Virus record (IMG/VR): IMGVR_UViG_3300036985_006248
Coordinates: 110,281 to 174,280 of that record
DNA length: 64,000 nucleotides
Reading direction: 5' to 3' (one strand)
From: a virus
Shown: one piece after another, positions 1-9,348 of the stretch
How the letters are laid out: each line of letters begins with the position of its first letter
Position numbering within the stretch: the first letter of the stretch is position 1
Notes under the pieces: generated by a model
Seen by the model: only the letters and a program-made list of their open reading frames with translations
Database searches by the model: none
Told to the model about the DNA's origin: nothing
Made by a program: the position numbers and the translations under genes

Positions 1-146
1 GTATCCATGGGACTCGATATAATTGGGATCTCAAGTTTTATATTTCCAAGATAAGAAGATAAATCTACTTCGCTTCTTGAAGAGATATCGCTATATTTTG
101 GTTCTAGTAGCACGTCGTCGAAGCAAACAGTTTCTTGGAAAGTCAT
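1..146 (-). CDS. IMP dehydrogenase / GMP reductase family protein, N-terminus (runs off the window edge)
   Basis: Not in the ORF track. Manual translation [31 protein letters not shown]...IPIISSPMD matches the GuaB/GuaC N-terminal motifs FDDVLL and [10 protein letters not shown]. Confidence 0.85.
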   Translation of the reverse strand, partial: MTFQETVCFDDVLLEPKYSDISSRSEVDLSSYLGNIKLEIPIISSPMD

Positions 147-191
147 TTTTTGTCCTGTTCTAAAGTACGTTTGAGATGTCCTGCTATAAAA

Positions 192-443
192 TCAAATACC
201 GGAGTTTCTTGAAATTTCATCGGCTCTCCGTCCTTCACTGCACTTAGGACAATATAGGTCTACCCGCTTATCAGCATTAAATACCTCTACATACCACGTC
301 ATCACCATCATTTTATTTTTCTTGTCGAAAGGCTCATTACATTCCTTGCAAGAAGTTGGCATACTGAGAATTAAAGCTGCCGACGTTGCCAACTTCTGTT
401 CTAGCTTTTTCTTTTTGTTACCCGTTCTTGATCGGTTACCCAT
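192..443 (-). CDS. small zinc-finger protein
   Basis: CKEC ... CPKC pairs; 83 aa. Confidence 0.6.
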   Translation of the reverse strand: MGNRSRTGNKKKKLEQKLATSAALILSMPTSCKECNEPFDKKNKMMVMTWYVEVFNADKRVDLYCPKCSEGRRADEISRNSGI

Positions 444-490
444 GTTTTGTCTCGTATTCTTTTGGATTATAGAAGGACTTCCTGTTTAAT

Positions 491-1300
491 TCATATTTCA
501 TTATTTTTTTCTATTGTAACAGTTTCTTTTGGCTCTGGCAAGGGAATAAGACTGAATGTTATAATGGCTTTTGATGCATCAACAACCTTTAGTTTGTTTC
601 CAGAGCTATCATAAATATTATAATTTTCATTAACATATTTTTCAAATTCTTTTGCTAGTTGATTTTTTTCTTCTGTCGATAATACTTCAATACCTTTTGA
701 TTTTTTATAAGCTTTGACATATTCAACTTCAGCAATGTTGATATGAGCTATGGCTGCTTTATAACCGGGTTCAACCATTTCTTTTTTCGTATAAATACTT
801 GGCGGATATATTTTAGATTTAAAAACCAATGGCTCTTTGGAAGCCTTTAAATAGTCCTTTGTAGCTTCTTCTTTTTTAGCTATTGGATACTTTTGTGGCT
901 CTTTTTTTACTGATTTATCATATTGACCTGATATCGCATATCCACTTTTAATAAATTCACTATAATTAATATTAGAAATTCTAATAATTACAGTATTCGT
1001 GGCATTTTCGCCATTCTTTATTATATTTGCGAATGCTCTATGTCTACCTTCGTGTGAAGTAACTGTTCCTATTTCATTTATGTTTAGTAAAAGTTCTCCT
1101 GCTCGTGCTTCAGAATATTCCAATGGTCGTGTTTTTTGATCGTGCCTTAGCATATCCATAACATCTTCGTTGGTAGTTAATTCAAGAAAATCTCTAGAAG
1201 GCATTCTTACTAAAATTTCATCATATCTTTCATTTTCTTTAAGAATGCCTTCTAATTCTTCTTTGATAACTTGTTTCAAATACTTTTTTGAAATTTTCAT
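491..1300 (-). CDS. ParB/Srx-like domain protein with shared N-terminal leader (putative internal virion protein)
   Basis: HEGRHRA resembles the ParB/sulfiredoxin DGxHR motif; leader MKISKKYLKQVIKEEL. Confidence 0.5.
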   Translation of the reverse strand: MKISKKYLKQVIKEELEGILKENERYDEILVRMPSRDFLELTTNEDVMDMLRHDQKTRPLEYSEARAGELLLNINEIGTVTSHEGRHRAFANIIKNGENATNTVIIRISNINYSEFIKSGYAISGQYDKSVKKEPQKYPIAKKEEATKDYLKASKEPLVFKSKIYPPSIYTKKEMVEPGYKAAIAHINIAEVEYVKAYKKSKGIEVLSTEEKNQLAKEFEKYVNENYNIYDSSGNKLKVVDASKAIITFSLIPLPEPKETVTIEKNNEI

Positions 1301-1313
1301 ATTTTATCTTGAA

Positions 1314-1754
1314 TTATTTATGTCCTGTACTCCCGAAGCCTCCTGCGCCACGGGCATTATTAGGAATGTCAAAGACCTCAACCAATTCCAATTCGCTTTC
1401 ATATACACGATTAACTGTGAACTGAGCAACTTTATCGTGATGCTTTAAGTCAATATCTCTATCGGTGCCGTTATACAATATTACCCCCCACGGTCCTGTA
1501 TAAAATGCATCAACTAGTCCAAGAGCAACAATTTTGCCTTTGCTGCTCATTCCACTACGACCACGAATGTCACACGACCAACCCTCTGGTGGCATAATAG
1601 AAACTCCTGTGGGGATAATAGCAGTTTGACCCTTCAATAATACCATATCACCATTTGGTAAATCAGCAAACAAATCATATGCTGCATCTTGTTGATGAGC
1701 CTTTACGGGAGGTTTTGCAGTGTTACTTAACGGCTTCCATTGTAGTTTTATCAT
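1314..1754 (-). CDS. dut: dUTPase (trimeric)
   Basis: AAYDL, GRSG, GLVDAFYTG, AQF and RGAGGFGSTG motifs. Confidence 0.95.
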   Translation of the reverse strand: MIKLQWKPLSNTAKPPVKAHQQDAAYDLFADLPNGDMVLLKGQTAIIPTGVSIMPPEGWSCDIRGRSGMSSKGKIVALGLVDAFYTGPWGVILYNGTDRDIDLKHHDKVAQFTVNRVYESELELVEVFDIPNNARGAGGFGSTGHK

Positions 1755-1763
1755 TATATCCTC

Positions 1764-1949
1764 TTATTTAGTTCTTACAACATCGTAAAGTTGCTGATGA
1801 GTGGGTATGCCCCATCTTAACGTTTCAAACTGAAAATATCCTGAATGTAATCCTTCATGTCCTTCAGCTTTGGCACAAAGTAATGTATCATACATGGGGT
1901 GGACTGTGCAACAGGTTTTATTTTGTTTTAGTTTGTCTTTATTTTCCAT
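1764..1949 (-). CDS. hypothetical protein
   Basis: ORF packed in the minus-strand operon; C..GHxGxH motif. Confidence 0.55.
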   Translation of the reverse strand: MENKDKLKQNKTCCTVHPMYDTLLCAKAEGHEGLHSGYFQFETLRWGIPTHQQLYDVVRTK

Positions 1950-2193
1950 ATTTTCTCTCGTATTCTTGAATGGTTATTAACGTCAGATGTTCGAAAGCAT
2001 ATTTATCATAGTCCCCCGTGTACACATTTCTTTTCGAAAAATATAACTGGACATATCTATCAGCTAAAAGCTCATTATGCTTCCAATCTACAAACCCCAT
2101 TACTAATACTGGCTCAGGGTAAGCTGGTTCCGCCACATGCAAAAATAACTCGCCAATTTTGATATCTTCAAAGGATATAGAATTATAACTCAT
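1939..2193 (-). CDS. hypothetical protein
   Basis: Overlaps neighbours in operon fashion. Confidence 0.55.
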   Translation of the reverse strand: MSYNSISFEDIKIGELFLHVAEPAYPEPVLVMGFVDWKHNELLADRYVQLYFSKRNVYTGDYDKYAFEHLTLITIQEYERKYGK

Positions 2194-2375
2194 TTTGCTC
2201 GTCTTTTTCTTTCCATGCCCCGCGTATATCTTTTCATTGATTCTTGAACAAACTCAAGATTTTTGATTGTGAGAACATCATGCTTCAAATCTTCCTTCAA
2301 ATCGCTCATATCAAAAAGGATGTCTGTTCTTAGAATGTCTAAACGGCGAGGACGATAATTATTTTGGTAACCCAT
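2190..2375 (-). CDS. hypothetical protein
   Basis: GGAG RBS upstream; 4-bp overlap with the next gene. Confidence 0.55.
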   Translation of the reverse strand: MGYQNNYRPRRLDILRTDILFDMSDLKEDLKHDVLTIKNLEFVQESMKRYTRGMERKRRAK

Positions 2376-2396
2376 TATTTAGCTCCGCTGCTGCCT

Positions 2397-5300
2397 TCAG
2401 CCTAACAATTTAAACGTATGCTTAATACTTCTTGTACTAAATCCCCAAGTATCATCGTATTGTAACTTTCCTAGATATGGTCGGTTAAGCCAAATCTTAT
2501 CACGCTTTGGGTCAACCCCCCAGCATTTAATATTGGTAAGTTTATTTGTAATATCTGTAGTTTCTAGAATCCAGAATATCTTGCCGTTTTTTGTTTTCTT
2601 CTCAGTAATTTTACGTGGGATAAACCATACTACCTCACCCAATGATGGGTCATAATCACCAATCGGTGGAATATATTTATCTTCAATGCTTTTTAAAGTC
2701 GCCGGGTCGAGCACAAGATTAATTGGATAAACTCCCGATAGCGAGACAAGATTTTCAATAGTTTCTTCCGTAGTAAAACTGCCTTCTGGCTTGTACTTGT
2801 CTATGTTCTCCAGCAGCTTCTTTGGTGTCTTTGGACGGTCAACCACTACTGCCGACCAAAAGTGTTTTAACCCAGTGAATCTCTTATCAACCAAAGAAGG
2901 CAAAGCGTTGCTTCTTGTTAAAGCGTCAAGGGCTTTTTTGTTTAACTTACTATAAATTATCTCTTCATTAAACAGCAGTTCCTCGACTGTCTTGAAAGGT
3001 CGATATTTCATTATTTCTGTCATGGCTGTATCTCCAAGTCCCTTAATAGATGACAGAGGTTGAATAAGTGTTTTATCGTCTAGGTTATCGACTTCCCATT
3101 TCGTACCTGAATTGTTGATATCGAGTGGCTTGATGTTAAACCCATAGTATTTTGCTAGAGAAATAGCAGCTTCCTTTTTTTCCTCCGGTTCTTTATCGAG
3201 AAACGCCGCCGCCCATTCTGCTGGATGATGATGGAACAGGTAAGCACACTGATAAGAAATTATAGAATAACAGATAGCGTGTGATAAATTGAAACCGTAC
3301 CCTGAAAAGAATTCCATAGTCTTCCAGAGATCGATACCGTTTTCTTCTGTTAATCCCTTCTCCACACACCCGTCAATAAACTTCTGATAAAGCTTAAGCT
3401 TGACTTGTGCTTCCTTGCCAGTTCCTTTCTTGGTGAGAACCTTCCGTAGTTCATTACCTTCATCTAGGGAAATGTTTTTACCAAGTTTGTGCGCTAACAT
3501 GCTTAATTGCTCTTGGAAAACTATGAATCCATGGGTTTCTTGCGTCACTTCTTTAATTAATGGATGAGCATATTTTATAGACTCAGGATTATTCTTAGCT
3601 AAGATATAATTCTCATGTACGTTTGCCGATAAAGGACCGGGACGGAAGATAGAAGTAATGGCCGCGATATCTATGATGTTTTTTGGTTTAGCTAACATGC
3701 AGAATTTCTGAGCATTTTTGCTAGTGAACTGGAATGTTCCACAGAAGTTTCCTTCTTGGAAAATGTGTTCATAGACACCTTGGTCGTCTAGATTGATCTT
3801 TTCTGGATGGAGATTATCATTGTAATACTTCTTGATATCCTCAAAGGTGGGCGTAGCAATGCCGTGGTGTCTTTTAAGAATGTGTTCAATCGCTGTTTCA
3901 ATCATACGAAGAGAAGCAAGACCAAGAATATCAAACTTGATAAACCCAAGTGGCTCTAAATGACGTACTGTTTGTCCTTCAGTCCAAGGGGTTTGTACAG
4001 TGCCACCACTATTGATTAGAGGCATCTTTTCATTGATATTATCTGCAAACAAAACTCCACCAGCATGGCGCGAAATAGAACGTACTTGCTTCTGCAAGTT
4101 TTCAACGTGTGTCGCAACATGGGGATACTTTTTGATGTAAGCATTGAGTGCGGGACTGTGTTCCTTTAACTCTTCCCAAGTCGGTTCATATACACCAGCT
4201 ATAATGCCGTGTATTTTCTTGCAAATAGGAGTAGCTTCGTTGAGCATCTTAGAAGTGACTTCGTTCACGTCTGTAAAAGGGATTTCGTATAACTTGCTAA
4301 TATCTTTTACTAGAGAACGTGGCTTTAGAGTATTGTAGTTGGAAATAGGAACTACCGAGTTTTCTCCATACTCTTTGATAAGCAATTCCTTAATTGCCAT
4401 AGGGTCGGAAACGTCAAAATCGATATCGGGCATATCACTAAGATCTGTTTTGCGGATAAAACGTGAAAACTGTAATTTATACTTGATAGGGTCTATTTCT
4501 GTAATATTTAGCAAATATGATACAAGAGAACCCGCTCCAGAACCACGGCCACCACCGCATAACTGTACTTCTTTGGACTTGTCGCTAATCTTCTTCATAG
4601 TCAAGAAGTATTTTGAGAATCCACGGTCTTTAATGGTGTGAAGTTCTTCTTTTAATCTCTCAACGTAAGCGTTGTCTTTATAAAGCCCAGTGCTCTTTAA
4701 CTTATCGACTGCCATTTTGGCTAATGCGGTATCTGCGGTTTCACCTTCGGGAACAACGAATGAAGGCAACTTAATGCTCGTATCGGGAATATAATTCTCA
4801 ATACGGTTCTTAAGAATATCGTCTGTACGAGCAATAGACTCTTCGATAAGCTTATCATCATAGGAAAAGCCAAGGTTTTTTGAGAATAGTTTATAGGAGG
4901 CAAACAATTCATCGCCGTTCTTGGGATAAAGCTGATATTCCATCGCTTCTAGAGTAGAAGGCAGTGCGTCGATTTTAATTTCATTTCCACCCTTACCAGC
5001 CCAACCGAGCATCTTATAGATTTCGCGGTCCTTCCACATATCCGGTGAAGGAAAGTGTGCATCACACGTACTGATGAGCTTGAAGCCTAGCTGTTTAGAA
5101 ATATTGATGATATATTGATTAACAATGTGTTGCTCTTTGTAATTCGCCCACTGTAATTCACCATAAAAGCGATCACCAAAGATATCCATCATAGACTTAA
5201 CAGTCTTTTCCATGGCAGCGTAAACAGCCCTTTCTCCCTTGTCGATATTATCCCAATAATCATTGGCTAACACTCCACCCAGACAGGCAGAACTGGCGAT

Positions 5301-5834
5301 GAGTCCTTCGTTGTGCTTCTTGAGCATTTCATAATCCATACGTGGGTAGCGATAAAAGTTATCACCACGATATGAATCACTAACCAACTTGAAAAGATTG
5401 TTTAAACCAATCTGGTTTTGGGCTACCAACACCAAGTGCGAACGACGATTTAAGGTTGAACGAATGCCTTTCTTAGTTTCGCTTTCATTTTCGACAACTA
5501 GTCCAACATCGTCGTCAACATGCTTTGCAAGCTTGGCGTCATCTTTGTGCTTGCTGTGTTCTCCCTTCCATTGAATTATGGATGGGTGGACGTATGCCTC
5601 AATACCATACATAACGCGAAAATCTTTACCTTCTTCTTTCATCTTCTTCGCCTTCATAAAAGCATAGCTAAAGCTATTGCAATTTCCATGCTCTGTAAAA
5701 GCAATACCTTGCAGTCCATTTTGAAAGCCGAAATCGATATGTTCTTCGGGATACCCGAGGCCATCAAAAATAGAATATGTAGTGTGCGTATGCAGGTTCA
5801 CGAAAGGAATACTGGTCTTCTTGCGCTCTGACAT
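2397..5834 (-). CDS. dnaE: DNA polymerase III alpha subunit (family C)
   Basis: PHP domain (LHTHTTYSIFDG, TEHGN), GRGSGAGSLV, PDIDFD, HAGGV, KFDILGL, YGFNLSHA. Confidence 0.97.
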   Translation of the reverse strand: MSERKKTSIPFVNLHTHTTYSIFDGLGYPEEHIDFGFQNGLQGIAFTEHGNCNSFSYAFMKAKKMKEEGKDFRVMYGIEAYVHPSIIQWKGEHSKHKDDAKLAKHVDDDVGLVVENESETKKGIRSTLNRRSHLVLVAQNQIGLNNLFKLVSDSYRGDNFYRYPRMDYEMLKKHNEGLIASSACLGGVLANDYWDNIDKGERAVYAAMEKTVKSMMDIFGDRFYGELQWANYKEQHIVNQYIINISKQLGFKLISTCDAHFPSPDMWKDREIYKMLGWAGKGGNEIKIDALPSTLEAMEYQLYPKNGDELFASYKLFSKNLGFSYDDKLIEESIARTDDILKNRIENYIPDTSIKLPSFVVPEGETADTALAKMAVDKLKSTGLYKDNAYVERLKEELHTIKDRGFSKYFLTMKKISDKSKEVQLCGGGRGSGAGSLVSYLLNITEIDPIKYKLQFSRFIRKTDLSDMPDIDFDVSDPMAIKELLIKEYGENSVVPISNYNTLKPRSLVKDISKLYEIPFTDVNEVTSKMLNEATPICKKIHGIIAGVYEPTWEELKEHSPALNAYIKKYPHVATHVENLQKQVRSISRHAGGVLFADNINEKMPLINSGGTVQTPWTEGQTVRHLEPLGFIKFDILGLASLRMIETAIEHILKRHHGIATPTFEDIKKYYNDNLHPEKINLDDQGVYEHIFQEGNFCGTFQFTSKNAQKFCMLAKPKNIIDIAAITSIFRPGPLSANVHENYILAKNNPESIKYAHPLIKEVTQETHGFIVFQEQLSMLAHKLGKNISLDEGNELRKVLTKKGTGKEAQVKLKLYQKFIDGCVEKGLTEENGIDLWKTMEFFSGYGFNLSHAICYSIISYQCAYLFHHHPAEWAAAFLDKEPEEKKEAAISLAKYYGFNIKPLDINNSGTKWEVDNLDDKTLIQPLSSIKGLGDTAMTEIMKYRPFKTVEELLFNEEIIYSKLNKKALDALTRSNALPSLVDKRFTGLKHFWSAVVVDRPKTPKKLLENIDKYKPEGSFTTEETIENLVSLSGVYPINLVLDPATLKSIEDKYIPPIGDYDPSLGEVVWFIPRKITEKKTKNGKIFWILETTDITNKLTNIKCWGVDPKRDKIWLNRPYLGKLQYDDTWGFSTRSIKHTFKLLG

Positions 5835-5853
5835 TGTTTCTCCTATACAAATA

Positions 5854-6561
5854 CTATACCACGTTAGTTTCTTCTTTCCAAATTTTTTTATTTATCAAAA
5901 GATAAATTGTGGTGCAAGATACATCATATTTTTTAGATAAAGATTTTGTTGTATTTCCTGATTCGTGTAATTGTCGTATTTCCCTAGCCTTACCCCAATC
6001 TAATTTAGACATAGGATTTATTCTTTTTTTGGCTTTTTTTCTCATTAATTCTATAGTTTCGGCAGAGTGTTTTTTTCCATACATTGGATTCTTCTCGTTC
6101 TGTCTATTGCCTATAGCTTCTCTGATTTTTTGTTTGGTTGCATTCGTGAGCTTCTTGCCGTATGCCGGTGCGAGATGTCCCTTTTTTCCATACATCGGAT
6201 TCCTCTCCCCAGAAACGTCTGCGTGATTTTCGCTTATTCTTTTTTTGGCATCTTCACTGTATTTAATGCCCAAAGTAGAACTCGCAATTTTACAGATGTT
6301 ATATTCCGGCGTTAGAATGTCTAGAAAGTGCTGCTCTCTTAGTAACAAGCTATTGATATCAATTATTTCTTCTAGGACTTCGAATATAAAGTTTTCTTTT
6401 CCGTATTTGTCCCAAGCTCTTTGTAAATGATAATTACTATGGGTTTTGTTTTTTAATTCGCTAACGTGAGTAGAAAATCTATTTTTTATATCCACCGCGC
6501 TACCAATATAAAATTTACCATTAATACGATTTGTTATTTTATAAATGCCAGATTTTTTCAT
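5854..6561 (-). CDS. free-standing GIY-YIG homing endonuclease with NUMOD3 repeats
   Basis: GIYKITN...FYIGSA; NPMYGKKH repeats; C-terminal HTH. Confidence 0.92.
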   Translation of the reverse strand: MKKSGIYKITNRINGKFYIGSAVDIKNRFSTHVSELKNKTHSNYHLQRAWDKYGKENFIFEVLEEIIDINSLLLREQHFLDILTPEYNICKIASSTLGIKYSEDAKKRISENHADVSGERNPMYGKKGHLAPAYGKKLTNATKQKIREAIGNRQNEKNPMYGKKHSAETIELMRKKAKKRINPMSKLDWGKAREIRQLHESGNTTKSLSKKYDVSCTTIYLLINKKIWKEETNVV

Positions 6562-6578
6562 GTTTCCAAGCCGCTAAA

Positions 6579-6905
6579 TTAATCTTCTCCAAACAACTTT
6601 TTTAGACGTAAGTATTCCTTTAATTCTTTCTTCTTTGCCATCTTTTTTTGCTTCTCGGCATCCATTTTTTGTTTTTCTATACGCTTCAAGCGATTTGCAT
6701 ATTCTTCATCGCTCTCTACACGTTCCCCAGATAAATTATAGCTATTTACACCTCCAATATAATAATCAGCGTTAACGGTAAGATTAGAAAAATTAGAATA
6801 TATCTTTTTATATTCTGCGAGCATAGAGACTACAGTCTCTAAAGAACCCTCAAAATAATCTTCAGGAATCCTACAAAGCCCAACTTTAATTTTTAGTTTA
6901 CTCAT
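6579..6905 (-). CDS. hypothetical protein
   Basis: ORF in operon; charged C-terminus. Confidence 0.6.
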   Translation of the reverse strand: MSKLKIKVGLCRIPEDYFEGSLETVVSMLAEYKKIYSNFSNLTVNADYYIGGVNSYNLSGERVESDEEYANRLKRIEKQKMDAEKQKKMAKKKELKEYLRLKKLFGED

Positions 6906-7090
6906 ACTTTAATCCACTCTCTTAGATCAATTATTTCATACCATTCGATAAGACGACGGTTCTTGTCCTTAACTGTTTTAATCTTCGCTTCGGCTTCTTC
7001 ATGGGTTTCAAATGTTCCAATCCAATCTCTTGTTCCTCTGTTTGGATAATAATTTTCTCCCGCTATCAAAAGATAATATTTATTTTTCAC
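6902..7090 (-). CDS. hypothetical phage protein
   Basis: ORF with 4-bp overlaps; YYP.G..DW.G.F motif. Confidence 0.6.
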   Translation of the reverse strand: MKNKYYLLIAGENYYPNRGTRDWIGTFETHEEAEAKIKTVKDKNRRLIEWYEIIDLREWIKV

Positions 7091-7320
7091 TGTTCAGTCT
7101 CCTTGAGAACTGCATCGCGCAATTCTTCTAATCGTGAAGCATCTTGCAAATCCTCTTTGGTGCATAAATCTCCTGATCCGACGACGCGCAGATCCATTTG
7201 CTCTAGAGCATCACGTAATAGCTTAACATGTCTCTTCAATCTGTCGATTTCCGCCACGGGATTACAATCGCATTCTCCATGTACCCACCAACCACAAGAT
7301 TCCGAGTGCGAGTAACTCAT
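7087..7320 (-). CDS. hypothetical protein
   Basis: HSESC..CDC followed by a coiled coil. Confidence 0.55.
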   Translation of the reverse strand: MSYSHSESCGWWVHGECDCNPVAEIDRLKRHVKLLRDALEQMDLRVVGSGDLCTKEDLQDASRLEELRDAVLKETEQ

Positions 7321-7694
7321 TATATTTCCTCGTGGGATAATGCGTCAATTACCAGTTTATCACACACTAATGTCTTCTGTCCACATTCTTCATACAAAGT
7401 CTCTAAGGCTTTACGGAGCATATATGACACGCGCTCCATATGAGCTAGCCTGACACGTAGAACCGAGGTGGCACTATCGACTCCTTTTGGAACATCAAGA
7501 GGCGATGCCCTAGGAGGTACGCTGCAAGCTCCTATCGCAAACTCATCAAGATAGAAGTCACATTGGCGCAAGGCATTTAAAGCATTATCGCGCTCTGCCG
7601 TTAATTCATCCAGAGCGGCACATACAGCTTCGTTGAGCACCTTGATACACTTATCATAGGCTGTTTCACCTATGGATTTGTCTTTTTTCTTCAT
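7320..7694 (-). CDS. hypothetical protein
   Basis: GGAG RBS and sigma70-like promoter upstream. Confidence 0.6.
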   Translation of the reverse strand: MKKKDKSIGETAYDKCIKVLNEAVCAALDELTAERDNALNALRQCDFYLDEFAIGACSVPPRASPLDVPKGVDSATSVLRVRLAHMERVSYMLRKALETLYEECGQKTLVCDKLVIDALSHEEI

Positions 7695-7726
7695 TGTTTG
7701 ATCTCCATTGACGTTACATAGAAAAC

Positions 7727-7755
7727 AGTATAACAGATGCTTTTTGAAACATCAA
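7727..7755 (-). promoter_or_regulatory. sigma70-type promoter
   Basis: TTGATG-N17-TATACT with TG extension. Confidence 0.65.
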
Positions 7756-7757
7756 TG

Positions 7758-8138
7758 CTAAACTTGGGTCTTTAAAACATCTTTTAAACCATTTACCGCT
7801 TTATCAACTACTTTTGAGCACAGATCTAATTCCTGAGTATATTTGTACATGCCAGCTTGCATTGCTAGTAATTCCTGATTAGACATATTCTCTCTAGTTA
7901 ATGAGGTCTTTAAAATGGAATCAATCTTCATTGAACCTTTTTCCAAGGATGCAATAATTGAAGAAATGGTGCTTGAAATTTTTGAAGTTGATTCAATCTT
8001 GTTTACATGATGATTATCATGTTGTTTATTGATTGTCACATCAAATTTACTTGGTGCTGTTTTTTCTAATTGTGGACGTGGATGTTCAACAACTTTTTGT
8101 AAGCCCGCTGCTGCTATGTTAGAAAGTGGACCCGCCAT
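7758..8138 (-). CDS. type III secretion inner-rod-like protein (SctI; YscI/HrpB2/PrgJ family)
   Basis: C-terminus ELLAMQAGMYKYTQELDLCSKVVDKAVNGLKDVLKTQV fits the YscI/HrpB C-terminal pattern; 126 aa is typical of the family. Confidence 0.75.
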   Translation of the reverse strand: MAGPLSNIAAAGLQKVVEHPRPQLEKTAPSKFDVTINKQHDNHHVNKIESTSKISSTISSIIASLEKGSMKIDSILKTSLTRENMSNQELLAMQAGMYKYTQELDLCSKVVDKAVNGLKDVLKTQV

Positions 8139-8139
8139 A

Positions 8140-8619
8140 TTATCTGATATTGCTAATGGAGTTTTTTGCTGTGTCGTGTTTTGTCTTTAAAACATTTGAT
8201 ATTGATGAAAACATTGTATTTTCACGCTGCATAGCCATTTGAACCTGTAGCATTTGTGAGTTCTGAGCTGACATGCTGGCTATATCAGTATTATACTGAC
8301 CTATACCGCCTGTAGCTGCCCCAGCAATTAAGTTTGGACCGCTACCACTGCCAGAGCTACCATTTAATCCTACAACGCCTGTAGCGGCGTATGAAGCACC
8401 AGAAGTGCCCCCGACTAGATTGTTAATCGATGACACTGCTGCTGAAATAACCGCTCCACCGGGTAATGCGCTTCCCAGCAATGCAGCGCCTTGTGATACG
8501 GCAGAAGCTCCAGAATATAAAGCATCATTGACCTTTTCACCAAAGTTTTTTCCCTGTGTTTGTTTTGGTAACGTTACGTTCATTGAGAGACGATTTGGCA
8601 TACTGATTACATTACTCAT
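8140..8619 (-). CDS. type III secretion needle/filament-like protein (SctF-like)
   Basis: C-terminal helix MLQVQMAMQRENTMFSSISNVLKTKHDTAKNSISNIR; Gly/Ser/Ala-rich N-terminal part; directly upstream of the SctI-like gene. Confidence 0.6.
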   Translation of the reverse strand: MSNVISMPNRLSMNVTLPKQTQGKNFGEKVNDALYSGASAVSQGAALLGSALPGGAVISAAVSSINNLVGGTSGASYAATGVVGLNGSSGSGSGPNLIAGAATGGIGQYNTDIASMSAQNSQMLQVQMAMQRENTMFSSISNVLKTKHDTAKNSISNIR

Positions 8620-8685
8620 AACTGTTTCCTTTAAAAAAAAAGTACCTATAGTAATTATCGGAGAATCATTGAACTAGTTGCTTAA

Positions 8686-8895
8686 TTACAATATTTTTTT
8701 TAATTCTAGTTTCCATCCCAAGGCTGTATACTCATCAACCCAATTACGTCTATTATCGTTCCAATATATTATCCATCGTCGATCATGATGTCCGGTTTCT
8801 TCTACGACGATACCAAATTTCTTTCTCAAATCGTCCCAAAGCAAATCACCTGTTTTTATACTCAAGATATTACTTCTTTCTAGTGGAGATATCAA
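8686..8895 (-). CDS. hypothetical protein (SH3-like small fold)
   Basis: KTGDLL..FGIVVE pattern. Confidence 0.5.
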   Translation of the reverse strand: MISPLERSNILSIKTGDLLWDDLRKKFGIVVEETGHHDRRWIIYWNDNRRNWVDEYTALGWKLELKKIL

Positions 8896-9142
8896 TATTT
8901 TCTTTTATCTCTTCGCCTATAGTAACATCAATTTTATGCAGCGTCCAATATACGGAATCATATTTTTGTTTTATGTACTGAAGCTCAAAAAGATAATCTA
9001 GATTCATGTTTTCTGAAAATGTCTCTCGTATATCACCATCGCTATCTATAAAAGCATACATCTTTCTCTTGCAAGTGCATTGTTGGTCAGGATATCCCGC
9101 GTCACAATACGCACAATTATACCATTTGGTTGCATCGTTCAT
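8870..9142 (-). CDS. hypothetical protein
   Basis: CAYC..CTC; in operon. Confidence 0.5.
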   Translation of the reverse strand: MNDATKWYNCAYCDAGYPDQQCTCKRKMYAFIDSDGDIRETFSENMNLDYLFELQYIKQKYDSVYWTLHKIDVTIGEEIKENIDISTRKK

Positions 9143-9348
9143 TAAAGAACCTTTACTTGCATATATTCGTATTCTTCTGCCTTAATAAATTCATCAAAAG
9201 AGTATGTTCTAACTTCTTCGGACTCGGTATCTAAATACGTAATATACGCATCCTTAAGAAAAGTCATCAGCTTTTTCTTATTTGAAAAATACCACTCTTC
9301 GGTAGATGGATAATGATAAAGTTTATAGATTTTCATTTGGCTGCTCAC
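9142..9348 (-). CDS. hypothetical protein
   Basis: Overlapping operon ORF. Confidence 0.5.
   Translation of the reverse strand: MSSQMKIYKLYHYPSTEEWYFSNKKKLMTFLKDAYITYLDTESEEVRTYSFDEFIKAEEYEYMQVKVL

Noticed and set aside
2397-5834. Intein or intron in dnaE
   Set aside because: Length and motif spacing are normal; no splice motifs seen
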